A DNA stretch of 64,000 nucleotides from an uncultured delta proteobacterium. GTDB lineage: Bacteria; Desulfobacterota; Desulfobacteria; Desulfobacterales; B30-G6. The stretch's first letter is position 1. Each line of letters starts with the position of its first letter. Position numbers and translations under genes: made by a program. The DNA lies in the NCBI GenBank assembly GCA_963823335.1, contig CAWGLD010000005.1:256001-320000 (forward strand), in the 5' to 3' direction. Under the pieces are notes generated by a model. The model had not been told where the DNA came from. It was given only the letters and a program-made list of their open reading frames with translations, and did no database searches. Shown here piece after piece: positions 61,454-64,000 of the stretch.

Positions 61454-63050
61454 AATCATCACGGCGCGCAATCTATCTTACCTGGGGATAATCATCACAA
61501 CTTTAATAGGCGCATACGCGCTCAATCAACTGGTTAAAATTGGTGATAACTATGTCCGGCATTCACTGGGAGAAAAATTCATTTTCGATTTGCGGGTCCG
61601 CTTGTATGCATATCTTCAGAAAATGTCCCTATCATTTTTTGAACGCACATCAACCGGAGAGCTGATGTCCCGTGTCACCAATGATCTCAGCGCCTTGGAG
61701 AGCTTCGTCACCCACGGATCAGCATTGACCGCCGTTGACTGTATGCGCCTGATCGGCGGCGCAACCATTCTCTTTGTGCTGGATTGGCGTTTGGCCGCCC
61801 TGGTTATGATCCCGGTGCCGATTTTGGCCCTGGCATTTCGCCACTATAACACCAAAATACGTCCGGTTTATCGACAGGTGCGTGCGCGCCTGGGAAACAT
61901 CAATGCAAAACTGCAGGACAATCTTTCCGGTATTCGGGTCATTCAAGCCTTTGCTCGTGAAGACATTGAGTATAAGCGCTTTTCAAAAGAAAGTGAGCGC
62001 TACTATCAGGCGCGGGTGAAAGGTATCCGCTATTGGTCCATTTTTTTTCCTGCTATCGGGTTTTTCGGGGCAATGGGAACCGTCATCGTGCTGGGCGTCG
62101 GATCCATCATGGTGGTAAAAGACCAAATGTCTCTGGGTACCCTTGTGGCCTTTATCGCGTATATCGCTTCAATTTACGATCCCATCAATCGTCTGACGGA
62201 AGTGGACAATATATTTCAGGAAGCCATCGCAGCCGGTGAACGCATCTTCGAGTTACTGGATGAAGCGATGGAAGTTAAAGACGCTCCGGATGCGATTGGA
62301 TTACCCGTTATCCAGGGCGAGATGGTTTTTGACCAAGTCCAGTTCAAATATGGTAGCGGCGATCCGGTACTGCATTCCGTCAGCTTTACAATGGCACCGG
62401 GCGAGGTAGTAGCCCTGGTCGGTCCCAGCGGAGCCGGCAAAACCAGTATCGCCAACCTGATCTGCCGCTTTTATGACCCCGTCAAAGGTCATATCTCTGT
62501 TGACGGTTACAATCTGCGCAGAATTAAATTAACGTCGTTGCGAAGCCAGGTGGCGGTGGTGTTGCAAGACTCATTTCTTTTCAATAATACTGTAGCCGAG
62601 AACTTGCACTACGGCAAACCGGAAGCCACCAAACATGAGTTGATTGCAGCTGCCCGGGCCGCCAATGCACATGATTTTATCATGCAACTACCGGACGGAT
62701 ATGACACCGAAGTAGGCGAACGGGGAGTCAAGTTAAGCGGTGGGCAAAAACAGCGCCTCGCGTTGGCCCGGGCGATTCTGGCCGATCCGCGAATTTTGAT
62801 TCTGGATGAAGCCACCTCATCCGTGGATGCGGAAGCCGAGTACCTGATTCAGCAGGCCTTGGAAAGAGTACTCAAGGGTCGCACCGCACTGATTATCGCT
62901 CACCGCCTAAGTACGATTCGCAATGCGGATAAAATCATTGTGCTCGATCGCGGACGGATCGCCGAGACCGGCAACCACACGGAATTGATGCAGCGCGGCG
63001 GTCTCTACAACCAGCTTTATCAACGGCAAATGGAAATGACATCCGAATAG
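61452..63050 (+). pseudogene. 5'-truncated ABC exporter (MsbA/Sav1866-like TMD+NBD)
   Basis: TGELMSRVTND, GPSGAGKT, LSGGQKQR, LDEATS, IAHRLST; first TM helix and native start missing, abuts the aminotransferase fragment. Confidence 0.75.
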
Positions 63051-63569
63051 TTTCCGTGATAAACATCCAAGAGGTTCCATCGTTTTTGTAAACATTGTTT
63101 CGGGAGATCTCCTTTCTATCATGAAATTTCTGACAGGTCATTGGCTTATGGATGCGATAGAGGCTCAATAACAAGGCATACATTGGATTCCATGTCAGGG
63201 ATATAACTGGTATCATATTATTCCGGATATTATATTTAAAAAGCCATGGATCGTCTTTTCTCGACGGTATTGGCGAAAAACCTTGTTTGAACCTCAATAT
63301 ACTTCGATTCATTTCCTCTGGTAACTCAATTACGGTCTGATTTATAAGTATATTGCATAAATGGTAATCCCAGTTAAGATTTACATAAGAAGCCTTGGAA
63401 ATTTGATCACCTTACAAAATTGAAGACTTGGTCAATTCTGAAGAAGCCTTCCAATTGTAGACTTTGAAAAAATATAGATAGGAAGGTTTAATTTATCTAT
63501 AATAATTGGTGGTTTATATTTAACTGATCACAGATTTACTCAAACCTTTGATACGAGAATAATACCATC

Positions 63570-64000
63570 CTCATAAACATCATTACCGATCGGGAAACCC
63601 TAAGGCTCTTGGCAGAGTTGACGCTGGCTCTGGTTCTGTTCACGGATGCTGCCGGCGCCGACCTGGCTGTTCTGAGAAGGACGGTGGCAGTGCCAACCCG
63701 TCTGCTGTTGGTCGGCCTGTCCTTAACCATATTGCTCGGTTTCGGGGTGGCTGCGCTCTTCTTTCGACAGCTGTCCTTTTTAGAACTGGCCCTGCTGGTA
63801 ACCCTGCTGGCACCGCCTGAATGTGGAAAGCGGCTTGAACGATGGTATCCGCGTACCGATTCTGTTCGTGTTTTTAACCCTTGCGACGGGAAAGGCTGGT
63901 GAAGGGGGGGGCTGGCACCTCGCCCTGATGCTGGTCGCCAGAGAAAGCTTTTTATGGGTTGGTTTCGCCCCCGGGGGCTTGCAAGCATTGTGTTCGGGGT
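63570..64000 (+). pseudogene. Internally deleted CPA1/NhaP cation:proton antiporter
   Basis: Three collinear family segments, frameshifted and abutting: LAELTLALVLFTDA...LLAP; LNVESGLNDGI (63817); KLFMGWFRPRGLASIVFG (63945). Confidence 0.8.

Noticed and set aside
61440-61470. Selenocysteine read-through or programmed frameshift at TGA 61451
   Set aside because: In-frame continuation has no aminotransferase similarity, and the downstream frame belongs to an unrelated family; deletion is the simpler explanation.
63051-63560. Short minus-strand ORFs in the AT-rich gap
   Set aside because: No family motif recognised; probably decayed sequence.

Overview
Bacterial chromosomal window; gene content and style suggest a sulfate-reducing deltaproteobacterium (Desulfobacterales-like, inferred). 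1-10.5 kb is a corrinoid uptake locus: btuFCD, a cobalamin riboswitch, a DUF4465 protein, a btuB-like TonB receptor and a second secreted protein. Both secreted proteins end in a Cys-Phe-Ile tail with Cys exactly 8 residues from the C-terminus, and they sit next to a CPBP (CAAX-type) intramembrane protease. 10.8-44 kb is mostly housekeeping (ugd, ileS-lspA-holA, argC, folD, M23-secA, clpS-clpA-aat, larB, guaA, efp, HD-GYP, CNNM, a helicase-exonuclease fusion), with an AOR/IorAB islet bracketed by toxin-antitoxin remnants. 44-64 kb is accessory and partly decayed: M24 peptidase plus dpp ABC operon, a group II intron fragment, a methylated-amine cluster (non-Pyl MttB, GntR, GcvT-family dehydrogenase, and an unannotated remnant of a pyrrolysine-type MttB with its in-frame TAG), and several deletion-fusion pseudogenes. 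Intergenic DNA carries several structured repeat families: MITEs, a covarying two-hairpin element, an 18-bp mini-hairpin array and heptamer palindromes. No rRNA, tRNA or CRISPR array was recognised. All calls were made by eye from motifs, with no database searches.
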